The translations under genes were made by a program, and so were the position numbers. A model generated the notes under the pieces. It searched no databases, was not told the DNA's origin, and saw only the letters and a program-made list of their open reading frames with translations. A stretch of 64,000 nt of DNA from Candidatus Edwardsbacteria bacterium RifOxyA12_full_54_48 (GTDB lineage Bacteria > Edwardsbacteria > AC1 > EtOH8). The stretch spans positions 617,744 through 681,743 of the forward strand of contig MFFN01000004.1 in assembly GCA_001777915.1 (NCBI GenBank). The letters are read 5' to 3'. Shown here piece by piece: positions 11,315 through 21,014 of the stretch; the stretch's first letter is position 1, and each line of letters starts with the position of its first letter.

Positions 11315-12448
11315 ATGGCAAAGAAGATCATCAAAAAGACCGTCCAGCCGGCCGCCAAAAGTTCCGGCCAGCGCAAAGTCCGGGTGGCCATCATCGGGGT
11401 GGGCAACTGCGCCTCCTCCTTCGTCCAGGGCGTTCATTATTACCGCAACGCCAAGCCGGGCGACAAGGTCCCCGGCCTGATGCACGTCAACCTGGGCGGC
11501 TATCACATCTCGGACATCGAGTTCTCGGCCGCCATCGACATCGACAAGAACAAGGTGGGCAAGGACCTGGCCACCGCCATCTACACCAAGCCCAACAACA
11601 CCTTCAAGTTCTGCCAGGTGCCCAAGAGCGGGATCACCGTCCAGCGCGGCATGCTGCACGACGGTCTGGGCAAGTATCTGTCCCAGATCATCCAGAAGGC
11701 CCCGGGCTCCACGGTGGACATCGTCAAGCTGCTGCAGGACACCAAGACCGACGTGGTGGTCAGCTACCTGCCGGTGGGCTCGGAGATGGCCACCAAATGG
11801 TATGTGGAGCAGATACTGGAGGCCAAGTGCGCCTTTGTCAACTGCATTCCGGTGTTCATCGCCCGCGAGCAGTACTGGTCCAACCGCTTCAAGAAGGCCG
11901 GGGTGCCCTGCATCGGAGACGACATCAAGTCGCAGGTGGGGGCCACCATCACCCACCGGGTGCTGACCCGCCTGTTCATGGACCGGGGGGTCAAACTGCA
12001 GAAGACCTACCAGCTGAACTTCGGCGGCAACACCGACTTTCTGAACATGCTGGAGCGGGAGCGGCTGGAGTCCAAGAAGATCTCCAAGACCAACGCCGTC
12101 ACCTCCATGCTGGACTACAAGATGGATCCCGACGACATCCATGTCGGCCCGTCGGATTACGTGCCCTGGCTGCTGGACCGGAAATTCTGCCACATCAAGA
12201 TGGAGGGCCAGACCTTCGGCGACGTGCCCCTGAACCTGGACATGAAGCTGGAAGTATGGGATTCCCCCAATTCGGCCGGGGTGGTGATCGATGCGGTGCG
12301 CTGCGCCAAGCTGGCCCTGGACCACAAGCTCTCCGGGACCATGCTGGAGCCCTCCAGCTACTTCATGAAATCGCCCATGGTCCAGGTGCCGGACGACCAG
12401 GCCAAGAGGAACGTGGAAGAGTTCATCAAGAAACTGGGGCGGAAATAA
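11315..12448 (+). CDS. ino1: myo-inositol-1-phosphate synthase
   Basis: [55 protein letters not shown]; start ATG 11315 after GGAAGGGA. Confidence 0.96.
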   Translation: MAKKIIKKTVQPAAKSSGQRKVRVAIIGVGNCASSFVQGVHYYRNAKPGDKVPGLMHVNLGGYHISDIEFSAAIDIDKNKVGKDLATAIYTKPNNTFKFCQVPKSGITVQRGMLHDGLGKYLSQIIQKAPGSTVDIVKLLQDTKTDVVVSYLPVGSEMATKWYVEQILEAKCAFVNCIPVFIAREQYWSNRFKKAGVPCIGDDIKSQVGATITHRVLTRLFMDRGVKLQKTYQLNFGGNTDFLNMLERERLESKKISKTNAVTSMLDYKMDPDDIHVGPSDYVPWLLDRKFCHIKMEGQTFGDVPLNLDMKLEVWDSPNSAGVVIDAVRCAKLALDHKLSGTMLEPSSYFMKSPMVQVPDDQAKRNVEEFIKKLGRK

Positions 12449-12462
12449 ACTTGCTTTGAACG

Positions 12463-12496
12463 AGGGTTACTACGAGTGTGTGCTCGTAGTAACCCT
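12463..12496. repeat. Perfect 14-bp inverted repeat at left edge of AT-rich insert
   Basis: AGGGTTACTACGAG-TGTGTG-CTCGTAGTAACCCT. Confidence 0.85.
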
Positions 12497-12520
12497 AACA
12501 ATGAGAGTGAGGGATCTGTA

Positions 12521-12787
12521 ATGGAAATTAAAATCGGCGCAGATGAGCTTATTCTTTGGCTAAGGAAAACCAATAACGCCGTAGGCAGAAACAATAAAGA
12601 TTTAGGCAAAGAAATACGACAACAAATTGAAAGCCTTGGCGGTATTTTAATCAACGAAGATGTTGATGTACATTGGTCCAATGAAGGTCATAATATTGGA
12701 GATACGAATTTACCGAAAACAGCAGCACAGTACACAATAGATACAAGTAAATTGTGCAAACTATATGAATGGCTAACCACCTTATAA
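12521..12787 (+). CDS. Hypothetical protein (AT-rich insert)
   Basis: 88-aa ORF, GAGGGA RBS, markedly AT-rich. Confidence 0.65.
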   Translation: MEIKIGADELILWLRKTNNAVGRNNKDLGKEIRQQIESLGGILINEDVDVHWSNEGHNIGDTNLPKTAAQYTIDTSKLCKLYEWLTTL

Positions 12788-12884
12788 CGATTAAGTAATT
12801 TATTTGGCAATCCAATGTATCCAATAGTCGAAAAAATGCTCGTAAAAAATAAAGAGGTGCTGTTTAATAAAAAAAGGAAGTATC

Positions 12885-13739
12885 ATGAATACAAAAACCA
12901 TCTTTTTATGCTTCTCATTTTTTACCTATTCGTTACTTTTTGCACAAAGTAATATGGATATATTGGGACCAAAACCCAAACCAATAGAAAATGATACTTC
13001 TACCGGGCCACATTATGATAGTGATAAGCAGAGGCCATCACAAAAGAATAAAAGTTTAACAATTGTTACTCCCAAGTTGTATTGTAATTCAGAAATAATT
13101 GAAAAGGAAAAAATAAAACAGATAATAAATATTGTAAAAAAAGACATATATCAAGTTTATCCAGAATTAAATAAAAAATTAGCTGGTAAAAGCGATCTTG
13201 AAAAAGAAGCTTACTTAGAAACAGAGGATGGAAAAAATTATGTTACAGATTTAAAAGAACGAAGATCTGATATTATTAATTCTTCATTTCTATTTAAATT
13301 AGAATCTTCACTCCCCGATTATGACCCCAGTATTAATGCTTTTGAAATATCTATCAAAGATTATCTATCAATTGATGATAGTTATACAAGTATTCAAAGC
13401 AGCAAAAGCAACAAAATATTCTATACAAACACAATAAATGCTATTTGGTGTAACGGGCTGCCTATAAAAATAAAATCGTTTCGTGGGGTATACTACTCCG
13501 TATTACGGATTAATCCTGGCTCTAAAGCAACAGCACTTATGTTGGAAAGAAACAAACATAACATTCATATTTATTTTGGGTTTAGATTAAGCGGGAAACT
13601 TAAGAAACTGCCGTATACTTCACTTCATAATGATGATATAGTGTGGGAAAGCTATGCTATGGCTAAAGATATGGTTATATTGTTGGTAGATTCAAAAACG
13701 GACAAAGTAGTATTTTCCAGAATGTATCATACAAAATAA
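12885..13739 (+). CDS. Hypothetical exported protein (AT-rich insert)
   Basis: 284-aa ORF in AT-rich DNA, signal-peptide-like start (..SLLFAQ). Confidence 0.75.
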   Translation: MNTKTIFLCFSFFTYSLLFAQSNMDILGPKPKPIENDTSTGPHYDSDKQRPSQKNKSLTIVTPKLYCNSEIIEKEKIKQIINIVKKDIYQVYPELNKKLAGKSDLEKEAYLETEDGKNYVTDLKERRSDIINSSFLFKLESSLPDYDPSINAFEISIKDYLSIDDSYTSIQSSKSNKIFYTNTINAIWCNGLPIKIKSFRGVYYSVLRINPGSKATALMLERNKHNIHIYFGFRLSGKLKKLPYTSLHNDDIVWESYAMAKDMVILLVDSKTDKVVFSRMYHTK

Positions 13740-13741
13740 GT

Positions 13742-14428
13742 ATGTCTATAAAAACAAACTGTTTGGAAGCAAGAAAAAGAAAGTCAATTCCGATTATTAG
13801 AAAAGGCCTTTTCATAAGCTTTGAGGGCATCGAGGGCTGCGGGAAAAGCACCCAGGCCAAACTATTGGAGAGCTGGCTCAAGGCCCAGGGCTTTAAGGTA
13901 GTACTGACCAGGGAACCCGGCGGCCCTTCCATTTCCGAGAAGATAAGAAAGATCCTGCTGGACAGCCGCAACCAGGGGATGTCCGACCTCACCGAGCTGC
14001 TGCTGCTGCAGGCCTCCCGGGTCCAGCACCTGGCCCAGGTGATAGTGCCGGCCCTGAAGGCCGGGAAGGTGGTGATCTGCGACCGTTTTGCCGACTCCTC
14101 CACCGCCTACCAGGGCTACGGCCGGGGCCTGGACCTGAAGATGGTGGGTGAGCTCAACGATTTTGCGGTGGACGGCCACTGGCCCCAGCTGACGCTGGTG
14201 CTGGACCTGCCGGTGGAGAAGGGTTTCTTAAGGGCCCAAGGCCGGCGCCGCAGCTTGGACCGGATGGAGACCCAGGCCGTAAAATTTCACAAAAGGGTCA
14301 GACAGGGTTTTAAGGCCATAGCCAAAGCAGATCCAGGGCGGGTCAAACTTTTGGATGGCAGCCAGCCGCCGGAGGTGATCCACGCCGCGGTGCGGCAGCT
14401 GGCGCTGAGCGCCATGAAAAAAAGATAA
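13742..14428 (+). CDS. tmk: Thymidylate kinase
   Basis: FISFEGIEGCGKSTQ, TREPGG, VICDRFADSSTAYQGYGRG. Confidence 0.96.
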   Translation: MSIKTNCLEARKRKSIPIIRKGLFISFEGIEGCGKSTQAKLLESWLKAQGFKVVLTREPGGPSISEKIRKILLDSRNQGMSDLTELLLLQASRVQHLAQVIVPALKAGKVVICDRFADSSTAYQGYGRGLDLKMVGELNDFAVDGHWPQLTLVLDLPVEKGFLRAQGRRRSLDRMETQAVKFHKRVRQGFKAIAKADPGRVKLLDGSQPPEVIHAAVRQLALSAMKKR

Positions 14429-14466
14429 CGTAACTATTCAGCGTTGTGAAAAGACGAAGTGGTTTT

Positions 14467-14919
14467 TTAACCACCGATAACACACAGATGAACACCGAGA
14501 AAGGTAAAAGGGTTGATCTTCTATTTGAAGATTTGACCTATAAGATCATTGGTGCGGCAATTGAAGTGCACAAAATCTTGGGCCCAGGATATTTGGAATC
14601 CGTTTATGAAGATGCTTTGTGTTACGAGTTGGAAGCTTTAGATATTCGTTTTCAGCGACAAGTGGATTTGGATGTCAAGTACAAGAACGTCGTTTTCAAG
14701 AGAAAATTCAGGGCTGATCTGTTGGTGGAAGAGAAAGTTCTGGTTGAAAACAAAGCTATAACAACTCTAACCGCCAGCGATGAAGCGCAGTTGTTCAATT
14801 ATTTAAAAACGACGGGACTGCGGGTAGGATTGCTCTTCAACTTTGGCAGTTCCAAGCTGCAAAAAATAAGGAGGATAGTGTGATCTATCGGTGTCAATCG
14901 GTGCGCCATCCGTGGTCAA
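14467..14919. mobile_element. Putative minimal element: GxxExxY gene within imperfect terminal inverted repeats
   Basis: Left 14467-14498 TTAACCACCGATAACACACAGATGAACACCGA; reverse complement of right 14888-14919 TTGACCACGGATGGCGCACCGATTGACACCGA; lower GC than flanks. Confidence 0.55.
14488..14883 (+). CDS. GxxExxY family protein (PD-(D/E)xK nuclease fold)
   Basis: LTYKIIGAAIEVHKILGPGYLESVY, RADLLVEEKVLVENK, AQLFNYLKTTGLRVGLLFNFG. Confidence 0.93.
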   Translation: MNTEKGKRVDLLFEDLTYKIIGAAIEVHKILGPGYLESVYEDALCYELEALDIRFQRQVDLDVKYKNVVFKRKFRADLLVEEKVLVENKAITTLTASDEAQLFNYLKTTGLRVGLLFNFGSSKLQKIRRIV

Positions 14920-14991
14920 ATGGCTAGATAGTTACAAGATAGTGAAAGAATATTTATTATGGAAGACGGTATTCAGAAAGGCAGGTTCATC

Positions 14992-16566
14992 ATGATCACC
15001 AGGCGTAAATTCGCTTTGATAGTGTCAGCAGTCGTGCTGTTCAGCGTGCTGGCCGGAGGGACGATAGGTCTGTTCGCTCAAAGCCGAAGCTTTGATCAGA
15101 TCAATTTCCAGCTTCGGATATTCTCCACCGCCTTCAAGCAGGTGCTGGACCGCTACGTCACCGCCCCCGACCCGCAGAAGCTGATCTACGGCGCCATCAA
15201 GGGCATGATGGAGACCCTGGACCCCCACTCGGTATTCATGGATGCCAAAACGTTCCGGGACCTAAAATCCAGCACCCAGGGCTCCTTCGGCGGCATCGGC
15301 ATCCAGATCGGGGTGCGGGACGAGGTGCTGACGGTGATCGCCCCCATGGCCGGGACCCCGGCCTCGCGGATGGGCATCCAGGCCGGCGACCGGATCGTCA
15401 AGATAGAGGGCAAACCCACCAAGGGCATCACCAGCGACGAGGCGGTGGGCAAGCTGCGGGGAGAACCCGGCAGCAACGTCACCATCACCATCGAGCGCGA
15501 GGGGGTAAGCGAGCTGATGGATTACACCATCACCCGGGCCCTGATAGAGATCGAAAGCATTCCCTACTACGGATTCATCGCCGACAAGATCGGCTACGTC
15601 TGGCTGGCCAACTTCTCACAGAAATCAGGTCCCGACCTTTCCAAAGCCCTGCAGGACCTGGAGAAGCAGGGGATGAAGCAGCTGATCCTGGACCTGCGCA
15701 GCAACCCCGGCGGATTGCTTAACGAGGCGGTGGAGGTCTCCAGCAATTTCCTGGATAACGGCTCCCTGGTGGTATTCACCAGGGGTCGCCTCAAGGAATC
15801 GGACCAGGATTACAAGGCCTCGGGCCAGGTGCTGTTCGGGCCCAAAAAGGGATCGATGGTGGTGCTGGTGAACCAAGGGTCAGCCTCGGCCTCGGAGATC
15901 GTGGCCGGCGCGGTGCAGGATTGGGACCGGGCCCTGGTGCTGGGACAGACCAGCTTCGGCAAGGGTTCGGTGCAGAATGTCATGCCCTTGGGCGATTCCA
16001 TCGCCATCAAACTGACCACCGCCAAGTACTACACCCCCTCCGGGCGCTGCATCCACCGGGACAACAGCGCCTGGCAGTCGGGCGACCTGGACAGCCTGGT
16101 GGAGGATTCCACCGCGTCCCAGGAGGTCTATGCCACCCTGGGAGGCCTCAAACGCAAGGTCTACGGCGGCGGCGGCATCACCCCGGATATCAAGGTGGAC
16201 CTGCCGCGCCTCAACCGCTTCCAGATGGACCTGGAGCGCAAGACGGTCTTCTTCAAGTTCGCCATCAAATACACGGTGGGCCACAGCAACCTGCCGAAGG
16301 ATCTTATAGTGGACGAATCCATGGTCGACGAATTCACCAAACTGCTCAAGGAGGACAAGATAGAATACACTCCCGAGGAGTTCAAGGAGAGCAGGGATTA
16401 CGTCAAGCAGGGCATCAAGCGGGAATTGCTCTCCAAGCTTTACGGCGACAAGGCCCGCACCGCCTACCTGCTGCAGAACGACGCCCAGGCCCAGAAGGCG
16501 GTGGAGCTGCTGCAGAAGAACAAGGACCTCACCAAACTGCTCAAAGAAGGGCAGAACGGAAAGTAA
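14992..16566 (+). CDS. ctpA: S41 family C-terminal processing protease
   Basis: LDPHS, PDZ domain FGGIGI, LILDLRSNPGGLL, SASASEIVAGA, SFGKGSVQ, TAKYYTPSGR. Confidence 0.93.
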   Translation: MITRRKFALIVSAVVLFSVLAGGTIGLFAQSRSFDQINFQLRIFSTAFKQVLDRYVTAPDPQKLIYGAIKGMMETLDPHSVFMDAKTFRDLKSSTQGSFGGIGIQIGVRDEVLTVIAPMAGTPASRMGIQAGDRIVKIEGKPTKGITSDEAVGKLRGEPGSNVTITIEREGVSELMDYTITRALIEIESIPYYGFIADKIGYVWLANFSQKSGPDLSKALQDLEKQGMKQLILDLRSNPGGLLNEAVEVSSNFLDNGSLVVFTRGRLKESDQDYKASGQVLFGPKKGSMVVLVNQGSASASEIVAGAVQDWDRALVLGQTSFGKGSVQNVMPLGDSIAIKLTTAKYYTPSGRCIHRDNSAWQSGDLDSLVEDSTASQEVYATLGGLKRKVYGGGGITPDIKVDLPRLNRFQMDLERKTVFFKFAIKYTVGHSNLPKDLIVDESMVDEFTKLLKEDKIEYTPEEFKESRDYVKQGIKRELLSKLYGDKARTAYLLQNDAQAQKAVELLQKNKDLTKLLKEGQNGK

Positions 16567-16760
16567 CTTTCGAAAATAGTTATTGGTCTTTAGTTAATAG
16601 GGGTTTACCTTTGCCACCAAGCATGCACTGAGCGATGCCGAAATGACACTAAGATATTTAATCTGTTTATTGTCATTCCGAGATGATTGTCAACCCAACA
16701 GATTTGGTGATCCTTCGGCTTGGCGGGATCAGAAAATTTTTTCGAACGACCACCCCTAAA

Positions 16761-16784
16761 TCCCCTCCTTGATCAAGGAGGGGA
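16761..16784. repeat. Perfect 24-bp palindrome (CCCCTCC-type REP-like)
   Basis: TCCCCTCCTTGATCAAGGAGGGGA. Confidence 0.8.
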
Positions 16785-16852
16785 CAGGGGAGGTCAAAAC
16801 GACTCGGAACATGGTTATACCGATTATAAAAACAAATATTATTTGAGGACTT

Positions 16853-17650
16853 ATGATGAATAAAGGAAATCTTATCGCCATGTCTCTTATGACGGCGGTC
16901 CTGATCCTGGCCGGATGCGGCCAGAAGCGGGAGGCGGTCATCATGGCCGGCTCCACCGCCTTCCAGCCCTTCGCCGAGAAGCTGGCCGACCAGTTCATGG
17001 TCCAAAATCCCGGGATCAACGTCACCGTCCAGGGCGGCGGCTCGGCGGTGGGCATCCAGTCGGCCCTGGCCGGCACCGCCCAGATAGGGATGGCCGACCT
17101 GGTGCAGCTGCCCGAGGAGGCCAAGGATCTCACCGCCACCGAGGTGGCCCGGGACGGCATCGCCATCGTGATCAACCCCGGCAACAGGATCGAGGGGCTG
17201 ACCATCAAGCAGGTGCGGGAGATCTTCAATGGGGTCATCGCCAACTGGAAACAGGTGGGCGGAGATGATCGTCCGATCACGGTGGTATCCCGCGAGGCCG
17301 GATCGGGAACCAGGACCTCCTTCGAACAGATAGTGGGCGATATATCGCTGATAAAAGAAGCCCTGATCCAGGACTCCAACGGCACCATCCGGGAGACTGT
17401 GGCCAACGACGCCAATGCGGTGGGTTACCTGTCGCATGGTCTGATAAACGAGAAGATCAAGCCGGTCAGACTGGACGGCGTGGAGTGCACCACCGAGCAG
17501 ATCATCAGCGGAAAGTTCAAGCTGGTCCGTCCGGTGTTCCTGCTGACCCAGGGACAGCCCCAGGGAGCGGTCAAGCAGGTGATAGACTACATGCTTTCGG
17601 CGGAGGGCCAGGAGACCATCAAGAGCAGCGGCCTGATCCCTGTCAAATAG
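16853..17650 (+). CDS. pstS: Phosphate ABC transporter substrate-binding lipoprotein
   Basis: LAGC lipobox, AGSTAFQP, QGGGSAVGI, SREAGSGTR. Confidence 0.93.
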   Translation: MMNKGNLIAMSLMTAVLILAGCGQKREAVIMAGSTAFQPFAEKLADQFMVQNPGINVTVQGGGSAVGIQSALAGTAQIGMADLVQLPEEAKDLTATEVARDGIAIVINPGNRIEGLTIKQVREIFNGVIANWKQVGGDDRPITVVSREAGSGTRTSFEQIVGDISLIKEALIQDSNGTIRETVANDANAVGYLSHGLINEKIKPVRLDGVECTTEQIISGKFKLVRPVFLLTQGQPQGAVKQVIDYMLSAEGQETIKSSGLIPVK

Positions 17651-17668
17651 ATTGATTTTATCCAGCCA

Positions 17669-18526
17669 ATGAAATTCTTAGGCGAGAAGGGCGTTCGGAG
17701 AGTGCTGGCGGGGATAGCTTTTTCGGCTATCTCGGCCCTGCTCCTTATCGCCCTTTTTATCATCAAGGAGGGCCTGCCGTTCATCATCAGCTACGGCCCC
17801 CTAAAATTCCTGTTTTCCTCCGACTGGCAGCCCCAGGCCGGAAGGTTCGGGATCTGGCCCATGATCGTGGCCTCGGTGTGGGTGACCCTGGGGGCCATGC
17901 TGCTGGGGGCCCCGTTGGGGGTGGCCTGCGCCGTCTTTTTGACGGAATTCGTTCCCCGCCGGGTGATGGGGGTGATCAAGCCCACCATCGAGCTGCTGGC
18001 CGGCATTCCCTCGGTGGTCTACGGGTTCATGGGGGTGATGGTGCTGGCCCCGCTGATCCGCTCCCAGCTGGGCGGGCCGGGGCTGTCGGTGCTGGCCGGG
18101 GCCATCATCCTGGGCGTGATGATCCTGCCCACCATCATCAGCATCTCCATCGATTCCATCCAGTCGGTGCCCAATTCTTACCGGGAGGGCTCCTTGGCTT
18201 TGGGCGCCACCCATTGGCAGACCACCTATATGGTGACGGTGCCGGCCGCCAAATCCGGCATCATCGCGGCCATCATCCTGGGCATGGGCCGGGCCATCGG
18301 CGAGACCATGGCGGTGATCATGGTGGCCGGCAACGCGGTCAAGATCCCCATATCGGCCCTGGACTCGGTCCGGACCCTGACCGCCAACATCGCCCTGGAG
18401 ATGGGATACGCCACCGGGCAGCACCGCCAGGCCCTGTTCGCCACCGGGGTGGTGCTGCTGGTGATAATCATGATCCTGAACTCCCTGGCCGGAATGGCCA
18501 TCAGGAAGAAGGCGGGTAAAAGATGA
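17669..18526 (+). CDS. pstC: Phosphate ABC transporter permease
   Basis: IELLAGIPSVVYG, LGMGRAIGETMAVIMVAGN. Confidence 0.95.
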   Translation: MKFLGEKGVRRVLAGIAFSAISALLLIALFIIKEGLPFIISYGPLKFLFSSDWQPQAGRFGIWPMIVASVWVTLGAMLLGAPLGVACAVFLTEFVPRRVMGVIKPTIELLAGIPSVVYGFMGVMVLAPLIRSQLGGPGLSVLAGAIILGVMILPTIISISIDSIQSVPNSYREGSLALGATHWQTTYMVTVPAAKSGIIAAIILGMGRAIGETMAVIMVAGNAVKIPISALDSVRTLTANIALEMGYATGQHRQALFATGVVLLVIIMILNSLAGMAIRKKAGKR

Positions 18527-19359
18527 GAGTGCCGCCCAAATATACCCAGATGGCAGCCAAGCTGGTGATGGGCCTGGCCACCCTGGCCACCCTGGCCATC
18601 CTGGTGTTCATCATCCTGTTCGTGCTGGAGAAGGGCCTTCCGGTGGTGGGATTCAAATTCCTGCTGACCAGCCCCCAGGACATGGGAAAGGCCGGGGGCA
18701 TCTTCCCGGTGGTGGTCGGGACCATCCTTTTGACCCTGGTGGCCATAGCCATCGCCACGCCATTGGGGGTGGGCACCGCCATCTACCTGACCGAATACAC
18801 CAGGGAGAGCCGGGCCACCAAGATCATCCGTTTCGGGGCCGACTGCCTGGCCGGGATCCCCTCCATCATCTTCGGCCTTTTCGGCTTCATCTTCTTCGTC
18901 ACCATACTACAAATGGGGTGGTCCATCCTGTCCGGCGGACTGACCCTGGCCTTCATGATCCTGCCCACCATCATCCGGACCTCGGAGGAGGCCATCAAAT
19001 CGGTGCCCAATTCCTTCCGGGAGGTGTCGTTCTCTCTGGGGGCCACCCGCTGGGAGACCGTCCAGAAAGTGGTGCTGCCCAGCGCCCTGCCGGGCATCGT
19101 CACCGGGGTGATGCTGGGGGTGGGACGCTCCATCGGCGAGACCGCCGCGGTGATCTTCACCGCCGGCTCCTCTCTCCGGATGCCGTCCTCGCTGATGGAC
19201 TCGGTCCGCACCATGTCGGTGCATTTCTACATCCTGGCCCGGGAGGGCATCTCCACCGAGAACGCCTACGGCACCGCGGCCATCCTGGTGATCACCATTC
19301 TGCTGATAAACCTGACGGCCTACGGACTGATGAACCGCTTCGTGGCCAGGAACAACTGA
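18523..19359 (+). CDS. pstA: Phosphate ABC transporter permease
   Basis: LAGIPSIIFGLFG, LPTIIRTSEEA, GRSIGETAA. Confidence 0.95.
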   Translation: MRVPPKYTQMAAKLVMGLATLATLAILVFIILFVLEKGLPVVGFKFLLTSPQDMGKAGGIFPVVVGTILLTLVAIAIATPLGVGTAIYLTEYTRESRATKIIRFGADCLAGIPSIIFGLFGFIFFVTILQMGWSILSGGLTLAFMILPTIIRTSEEAIKSVPNSFREVSFSLGATRWETVQKVVLPSALPGIVTGVMLGVGRSIGETAAVIFTAGSSLRMPSSLMDSVRTMSVHFYILAREGISTENAYGTAAILVITILLINLTAYGLMNRFVARNN

Positions 19360-19363
19360 TAGC

Positions 19364-20128
19364 ATGATGAGCAACGAAATAAAAATATCGGCCCAGGACC
19401 TCAAGGCCTTCTACGGGCCGGAGCAGCTGCTGATGTCCCTCAACATGGACATCCAGGCCAACCAGATACTGGGCATCATCGGGCCTTCCGGCTCAGGCAA
19501 GACCACCTTCCTGCGCAGCCTGAACCGGCTCAACGACCTGGTGCACGGCTTCCGGATCGAGGGCCGCATCCTGCTGGACGGGCAGGACATCTATCACCCC
19601 AACTCCGACGTGGTGGCCCTGCGCAAACGGGTGGGAATGCTGTTCGCCCTGCCGGTGCCCCTGCCCAAGAGCATCTACGAGAATGTGGTCTACGGACCCA
19701 GGCTGTCGGGCGCAGGAGACCGGAAAAAACTCGATCAGCTGGTGGAGGCCAGCCTGAAGTCGGCCTTCATCTGGGACGAGGTCAAGGACCGTCTGAATTC
19801 ACCGGCCATGCGCCTGTCCGGAGGACAGCAGCAGCGGCTGTGCCTGGCCAGGATCCTGGCCCAGGAGCCGGAGGTGATCCTGCTGGACGAACCTTGCTCC
19901 GGGCTGGACCCCATCTCCACCGCCAAGATCGAGGAGGCCCTGACTATCCTCAAGCAGAAGTACACCGTCATCCTGGTCACCAACAACACCAAGCAGGCGG
20001 CCCGGGTGGCCGACCAGACCGCCTTCTTCCTGATGGGCTCGCTTATCGAATACGGACCGACCAAAGATCTGTTCACCGTGCCAAATGACAAAAGGACCAG
20101 CGATTACATCACCGGACGTTTCGGGTAA
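19364..20128 (+). CDS. pstB: Phosphate ABC transporter ATPase copy 1 (Q-loop and H-loop degenerate)
   Basis: GPSGSGKTT, LSGGQQQRL, LLDEPCSGLDP, DYITGRFG. Confidence 0.92.
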   Translation: MMSNEIKISAQDLKAFYGPEQLLMSLNMDIQANQILGIIGPSGSGKTTFLRSLNRLNDLVHGFRIEGRILLDGQDIYHPNSDVVALRKRVGMLFALPVPLPKSIYENVVYGPRLSGAGDRKKLDQLVEASLKSAFIWDEVKDRLNSPAMRLSGGQQQRLCLARILAQEPEVILLDEPCSGLDPISTAKIEEALTILKQKYTVILVTNNTKQAARVADQTAFFLMGSLIEYGPTKDLFTVPNDKRTSDYITGRFG

Positions 20129-20250
20129 AGAGGTACCTGCCCACTAAACACACGAAAGGTTATTAACCGGTCAAAACAAGATATAAGAACAATCCATTCG
20201 GCATGATACAGATCGAAAGATCCACCTATTTCCGCTTTTAACGAAATCAA

Positions 20251-21006
20251 ATGAACAACAAGATAGAAATAAATCGGCTCAACCTTTATTACGGCAAATT
20301 CCAGGCCCTTAAGGCGGTGGACATGCCGATAAGGGAGAATTCCATCACCGCCCTGATCGGGCCTTCGGGTTGCGGCAAATCCACCCTGCTGCGCTGCCTC
20401 AACCGGATGAACGACCTGATCGCCGGGGTCAGGATAGACGGACGGGTGCTGCTGGACGGCAGGAATATCTACCGTCACGGCCTGAACGTGCCGGAGCTGA
20501 GAAAAAGGGTGGGCATGGTGTTCCAGCGGCCCAATCCCTTTCCCCATTCGGTGTTCGACAACGTGGCCTACGGGCTGAAGGTGGCCGGGATCAGTGATAA
20601 GAACCGCATTTCCGAAACAGTGGAGCGCAGCCTCAAAGGGGCCTGGCTGTGGGAGAATTTAAAGGATAGATTGGACCGTCCGGCCCTGGAACTGCCGTTG
20701 GACCAGCAGCAGCGTTTATGCATCGCCCGTTTGCTGGCGGTGGAGCCGGAGGTCATTCTGATGGACGAGCCTTGCTCGGCCCTGGATCCCATCGCCACCA
20801 TGAAGGTGGAGGAGCTGATGCTGGATCTGTGCAAACGTTACACCATCGCCATCGTCACCCACAACATGCAGCAGGCGGCCCGGGTATCGGAATATTCCGG
20901 CTACATGCTGCTGGGCGATATGGTGGAGTTCGACCTGACCGCCAATATCTTCACCAACCCCAGGGACGCCCGCACCCAGGATTACATCACCGGCCGCTAC
21001 GGGTGA
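20251..21006 (+). CDS. pstB: Phosphate ABC transporter ATPase copy 2 (signature degenerate)
   Basis: [47 protein letters not shown]. Confidence 0.93.
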   Translation: MNNKIEINRLNLYYGKFQALKAVDMPIRENSITALIGPSGCGKSTLLRCLNRMNDLIAGVRIDGRVLLDGRNIYRHGLNVPELRKRVGMVFQRPNPFPHSVFDNVAYGLKVAGISDKNRISETVERSLKGAWLWENLKDRLDRPALELPLDQQQRLCIARLLAVEPEVILMDEPCSALDPIATMKVEELMLDLCKRYTIAIVTHNMQQAARVSEYSGYMLLGDMVEFDLTANIFTNPRDARTQDYITGRYG

Positions 21007-21014
21007 TGGTTTTG

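Noticed and set aside
16567..16852. Pho box upstream of pstS
   Set aside because: TTGTCA hexamers at about 16670 and 16687 lack the 11-bp periodicity, and one belongs to a GTCATTCC repeat.
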